The notes below the pieces were generated by a model. It made no database searches and was not told the DNA's origin. It saw only the letters and a list, made by a program, of their open reading frames with translations. Made by a program: the position numbers and the translations under genes. DNA of 63,766 nucleotides, counting the filler, from Olpidium bornovanus S191 (lineage: Eukaryota; Fungi; Olpidiomycota), in NCBI GenBank assembly GCA_017911155.1. It is 26 parts of 26 records of this genome, joined end to end, with 100 filler letters (N's around TTAATTAATTAA, not from the genome) between each part and the next. Parts side by side here need not be neighbours in the genome. Positions count along the whole stretch, not along the records: positions 57,822 to 60,084 come from JAEFCI010000963.1; positions 60,185 to 61,292 come from JAEFCI010007280.1; positions 61,393 to 62,428 come from JAEFCI010000384.1; positions 62,529 to 63,766 come from JAEFCI010009508.1; 22 more parts are not named here. One strand, 5' to 3'. Below are positions 58,451 to 63,766 of this stretch, in pieces (position 1 is the first letter of the stretch; each line of letters begins with the position of its first letter).

Positions 58451-60275
58451 GGAGGGAAGGAGGAGTTCGGGGGACGAAAGGGCAACGGAACGGGGACGGC
58501 GAGCGCGTCGCGCTCGGAAAGAAGGACCTGGCGGCGCTTCCGCTGGTTTGCCCTGGGTGAAGGGCGGGCGTTCCGGCGCCGGGGGCTCTGCTTGAAAGGT
58601 CGGGTTTTGTGTGTGGGGAGAGGGGGGGCAGGGGAGGGGCCGGTTGCGGAGGGAAGAAGGAGAAGAGGACGAAAACGGCCGGAGAGGGGGAAGAGTGGGG
58701 GTGAGAGAGTCACGTGCGCGACCGCCCGTTTTTTTTTTTCTGGAACAGGCGGAGACCCCGCCCGTCGCTCCTCCCCGTGTCCTCCGCCGCCTCCTCCCGC
58801 GGCTCTCGCCCCCCGCCTCGCCCCGCGTCCGCCGCGGACGGGCGCGACCCCGCTGGCGCGCGACCTCCCTCGACTCCCTCGCCTCTCTCGCCTCCTTCGC
58901 CTCGCCCCCCGCGTCTCGCAGCCGCTGTCGTCGCCCCTCGGTCAGCAATCAGCCGCCTTCCCAATTAGGTCCCAGGTCCTCGAGCTGTAATCGTGAAAAA
59001 AAAGGCGTTTCCGAGTGCTTGGGGTTGACAGGTCCTCTGCCCCTTGTTTTCCCCCGAGTGGAAACTGTTAAGAGAGGGAGGAGCGCTTTCGAGGACAGGC
59101 GCTGCCAGGAAAGAATGCCACACCTTATTTAATGTTTAAGACAAAATCAACAGATTCACATCCGTGATGCCTTTTGCTTTTTTTTGCGAGATCACTAAAA
59201 TCGCGCAAGCGAGGATGCGTTCTCGTGATCCTGGGTCACCATTGTTTATTACGTTACATTTTTACATTACACTTGAGTTTTCATATATGCCGCTACTTGA
59301 TTTTCTGAATCACCATCGGAAAAAAAAATTAAAGCAAAAATCACGCGAATGCGGATTTCGAGGCTCCGAAGCGGAATTGTGTCGTACCTCGGCCGCTGTA
59401 TCAACCACTACACCGCCTCCGCTCCCCCAACCTCCACAAAAACAATAATAACATAAAGGTGACCAAACTATCCCGTCTGAATGCCGGATTACCGCAAATC
59501 TTTTCTCTCTTGTAAGATTGCTCAAAACATTTTCAAAGGGATGGTCCACGTCAACACGCGAAAAATTCCCGGCGTCCGATACTCAGCCTTTCACGGATGC
59601 GCAGGTTCTTTGCCCTAGAGAATACAAGCGCCGCTTGCAAGCCGTGGTTGGAGTTGATAAGGATTTGCTCGGATGGTTTGGCGGGCTGGCGTACCCACGT
59701 AAAGATGAAGATGTAATGAAATAATCTCACTTATGTACTCTTCATAGCTGGCTCGTTTATGCACCAATTATGCACCAATTCCTCGAATTTATCCTGTACG
59801 AGCCGACTATCTGCATTGCAATCCACGACATCAATCATTCCGACGTTTAGCGTCTGACAATCAGCAGATGCACGACGGCCGTATCTGACATGGGACAGCC
59901 GACGCAAGACACGGTACGGCTAGTGCGTATTGATCAATAATCAGAGTGTATTTGCGCATGAGTCATGAAAAAGCTATAGTAACCGGCGTCACGATGTTCC
60001 CTTATGCATTTACAGGGGATTAAAATCTGATCGGGCAAATGGAGCAACGGCGACCTCTCGACGGGGTTGTCTTGAACGGTGATGNNNNNNNNNNNNNNNN
60101 NNNNNNNNNNNNNNNNNNNNNNNNNNNNTTAATTAATTAANNNNNNNNNNNNNNNNNNNNNNNNNNNNNNNNNNNNNNNNNNNNCATGCAGGTCAGAAGC
60201 GGTCACCGTCCGTATGGTGACCAGAGCAATCGGAAGTTAAAAGATCGAAAAGCCGCTTCAGTTTTGCAAACTCAC

Positions 60276-61157
60276 CGGCACTGTCCAACTGTGACGACGT
60301 CGCCGACGCTCAGGCCAATAAATGCCGGTGAACAATGAGCAGCGAGGTTCTTATGGCGTTTCTCGTAACGGTTGTACTTGGGCACGTAATGCAAGTATTC
60401 GCGGCGGACGATGATAGTGCGCTTCATTTTGGTGGACATGACCACGCCTGTCAGGATGCGACCGCGGATCGAGACGTCGCCAACAAACGGACATTTCTTG
60501 TCGATGTAGTGCCCGTTGATAGCGGCGGCAGGCGTTTTAAAGCCCAAGCCAACATCCTTGTACCACCGCAGGTTCTTGGATTTCTTGCCAACTACTTTCG
60601 GGTTCTGGAAGATCCCCTGCTGCTTCTGGAACGCCTTCTCGACCTGCGTCACCGGAGAAAGTCAAGCCGGCGCGCCAAACGCAAAACGCCGCACGTCAAC
60701 AAAATTTGCGCTCGCCTGCCCTCATACGACGCGAGGCGGGCGTCCTCGCCGCTGAGCAAATACGCGCGTTTGCGGCGGTCCCCCTCCCCCCCTCTTCCCC
60801 CCAATACTCCCGCCTCCGCTCCTCAATTGCGTCACCGCCAGCCGCCTTCATTGAACTCGTGACAAGCCGCCGGAGCGCCGTCCCACAGGCGCTGCTGCGG
60901 GCCGCTTCGGCTCTTCCGACAAAAACCGACGCGCAAGTCCCACGCGTGCAGGAAGAACCCCGGCGAGGCCCACGGGTTACGCGACGATGCGGCCCGGGAC
61001 TTGCGGCCGAAACGTGGCGACAGGGCCGCTCCAGCACACGGGGGCGTGTTGGTGGCATTTTCTGCCGCCGTGCAAACGCCGCCTGGGAAAACGGCGAACC
61101 TGGGGAAAAAGCCAGTCAGGGGCGACGCCGTTGCCGGCCGCTCACCTGCTCGGACAT
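60276..61157 (-). CDS. RPS11: 40S ribosomal protein S11 (uS17), 3' truncated; exons 61157-61146 (MSEQ) and 60643-60276
   Basis: VEKAFQKQ...[13 protein letters not shown]...[48 protein letters not shown]...VGQCR. Confidence 0.97.
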
Positions 61158-61406
61158 GGCTGCGTTGAAAAGGGGACCTCGCGTGTGTGAGCGGGAAGGG
61201 GCTTGTCGGCCGGTTTTCAGGTCTGGGCGGGAGACGGAGGGGGGCGGGGAAGAGGGGGGAGGAAGGGGAACGTCGTCGAGAAACGAAGCATGNNNNNNNN
61301 NNNNNNNNNNNNNNNNNNNNNNNNNNNNNNNNNNNNTTAATTAATTAANNNNNNNNNNNNNNNNNNNNNNNNNNNNNNNNNNNNNNNNNNNNAAAAAAAA
61401 AGAGAG

Positions 61407-61447
<41 letters not shown>

Positions 61448-61847
61448 AAAATCTCCCGGCTCGGAACACCTCACTCCGCCGGCGGTTCGACCATTTGCCG
61501 CCCAGGAAGTGGAAAAACCGGGGGGCGTTTCGAGCAACGCCACACTCGTAAAAGAGGCTGCGAGACGCAAAGCCTGGGAGGGCCGTGGTCCATTTCCGCA
61601 AGCGGAGGCGAGCCGGCGCTGTGAGCGGAGCGTTGTGTTCGGCCGAGGGTTTCTTGTGTGTTTATCAAAGAAGGCGCCGAAGGAGGGTTTACGTACTTGG
61701 GCGCCCATCAATCGGGGGAAGCGGGGAGGAAAGGGGGGTGGGGGGACCGATTGATAGGGGGAACGAGCGGCTCATCAATGGGCGGCTGTTGTGAGGAAAA
61801 GGGATGAGAATGGAGACGCGTGGGCATCAAACCGAACGGCAGGATCG

Positions 61848-62012
61848 GGATTCCAAAACCTCCGAAGGGAGCGGAAATTCATAACTTGGGGGCATGGAAT
61901 TCTAGGGGATTCCAAAACCTCCGAAGGGAGCGGAAATTCATAACTTGGGGGGGGGGGGGGGCATGGAATTCCAGGGGTTCCAAAACCTCCGAAGCGAAAG
62001 CATGGAATTCCA
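61848..62012. repeat. About 60-nt tandem repeat, 2.5 copies (GGATTCCAAAACCTCCGAAGGGAGCGGAAATTCATAACTT(G)nCATGGAATTC)
   Basis: Two near-identical units differing mainly in G-run length, plus a truncated third. Confidence 0.85.
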
Positions 62013-63766
62013 GCGTGTGAGACCGCAAAGCTAAGCGCCGGCTACGTGGGGGAAGGCCCGTGAGCGAGACGTTGCTGCGGCAGATAAAATCCCCTCCCCA
62101 GCGCCCTTCGCTCACTTTTTCAGCCTCTCTCGGTCTCTCCCTTTTTTTCTCCCTCTCCTCCCCTCACGTGGACGTGGGTGGGCCCTATATTCCCCCTTAC
62201 TTCCCGTCCGGCCGGCCCGGCCTGTGACTATTTTTTCTTTGCTTTTCTTAATTTTCTTTTCTTGATTTTTTAAAGTTCTCCAAATTTTCCCTCGCCACTT
62301 CCCACTACCCCCCCCCCCCCCCCCCCCCCTCCCCCCCCCCCCCCCCCCCCACCTCCGCGTTCTCTCACCTGTCAGCAGCAGCGGCAACAGAGAGACGCGT
62401 GGGCGGCGGCACATATCGCTGTCCGGCGNNNNNNNNNNNNNNNNNNNNNNNNNNNNNNNNNNNNNNNNNNNNTTAATTAATTAANNNNNNNNNNNNNNNN
62501 NNNNNNNNNNNNNNNNNNNNNNNNNNNNACCCCCCAAAAAAAAAAAAACAAAAAAAAGCCCCCCCCCCCCCCCCCCCCCCCCCTTCTCCGCCTGAAATCA
62601 GACTATTGGCTCGTCTGCTTTTACTACTTTTTGATGGCCTGCACGCAAGGCATGTCGCACATGTTTCCACGCGCCAGATCATCATTGCCTTGATCTTGTT
62701 TGTGGCCTTTTGGCCGCTTCCGCGGACGTTGTCAAAAAACAAACGACGTCCTCGATGGCTGCCGTGGCTGCAAAAGTATGAACCTTGCTGCAGAGACTGC
62801 CTCCTTGAAACCTCCAATCATTCCGTCCCGCGACAGAACCGAGTGCAAAACGTGAACAGGCTTGTTACCATGGTGCCAAGCCGTTCTGTGCCCAAACGCC
62901 GCCGATAAAACAAACCCATCCGCGTTTGAGGTTGACGAACCGTCCGCGTTTGTTTTACGCATCCCACCGTTGCATTCTCTACGTCAAAGCGGCAGTGTAC
63001 GGCGGTTCCGAGTAGATATCCCATACTGCACCAGTAAAAATTCACCAAACGCAGTCCATTGTGTCACCCAACGCCCGCGACATGGTGTGAGTTCATGTGG
63101 AATTATAAACGGACAAAATTACGAGTAAACTCTTAGATAATTCAGGGGGAAACCTCCGGAAAGGCCAGAAGAGCTCTAATCCCTAACCAACACAGCAAAC
63201 CCGGAGCCGCCGGCGCGAATCGGTCTGCACACCGCGGTTTGCGCCGCTAGATCTTGTACGCTGATATATACCGGTGTCGAAAAAAAAATTCCGCGTATCG
63301 TTGAATTTCCCAATCTCCTTTTTTTGGTTTTTTATTTACCTCACGTTCATTTTCTGACGCTCCCGTTTGTTGGCATCACGCCCATATCGCTCGCACATTT
63401 CCCCTCCCCTGCAAACGGGGAAAAATCCCCCCTCCCTTTCCCTCGCTGCGCTAGCTTCCCGTCGCAATACGCCTGCAATTTCGAAAAGGCGGGAGCATCT
63501 GCCGCGAAGCTTGCTTGTCGTTGTCGTCGTCGTCGTTTCCTTCTCAGTTCGGGTGGCGAACTGAATGACCGAGTCTTGTGGGCAAAGGAGTCGTACTGGC
63601 GGTTGTCGTTGCGGGAAGGCGCCTTGGTTGGCTCTTGTCAAACAATCGGCCAGCGCGCTTCCGGCCGCCGACCCCCTTTGGGGTATAGCTGGGGATTGGC
63701 AATTCGCTACACTGAGAATGGACCCTTTGCTGCCTGTCACTTCTATGTCGTGAAAGTTTGGGCATG

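Noticed and set aside
60185-60275. Intronic snoRNA in RPS11 intron 2 (GGTCACC/GGTGACC hairpin and a CTGA) or in CCT1 introns
   Set aside because: No box C or H/ACA architecture found, and the intron is truncated by the contig end.

Overview
This window is not one continuous locus. It is 26 short contigs (about 1.0-5.7 kb) joined by 25 identical 100-nt spacers (44 N + TTAATTAATTAA + 44 N), so neighbourhood across a spacer carries no proven biological meaning. The DNA is from a GC-rich, intron-rich eukaryote with GT-AG introns full of homopolymer runs. Gene content points to a flagellated, early-diverging fungus: TTLL9-type tubulin glutamylase, AA11-type LPMO, eIF3k and 6-pyruvoyl-tetrahydropterin synthase. 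My unverified impression is that it resembles a fragmented Olpidium-like draft. Exons could be reconstructed by hand for CCT1, a LACTB2-like hydrolase, eIF3k, eIF3c, an NAD-type mitochondrial carrier, TTLL9, PWP2, a GSKIP-domain protein, ATP1, a Sec16-like N-terminus, PTS, a metallophosphoesterase, RRN3, an AA11 LPMO and RPS11, plus several orphan ORFs. About six mobile-element remnants are present. The most notable are (1) a Ty1/copia pol with an intact chromodomain between integrase and reverse transcriptase, an architecture normally seen in Ty3/gypsy chromoviruses; (2) a decayed copia that resembles the plant Bianca lineage in both protein motifs and 3' UTR; and (3) a decayed Polinton/Maverick-type integrase. 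18 of 52 contig ends fall on or within 2 nt of CATG, most likely a library artefact. No rRNA, tRNA or CRISPR array was recognised. All family assignments come from motif recognition by eye, without database searches.
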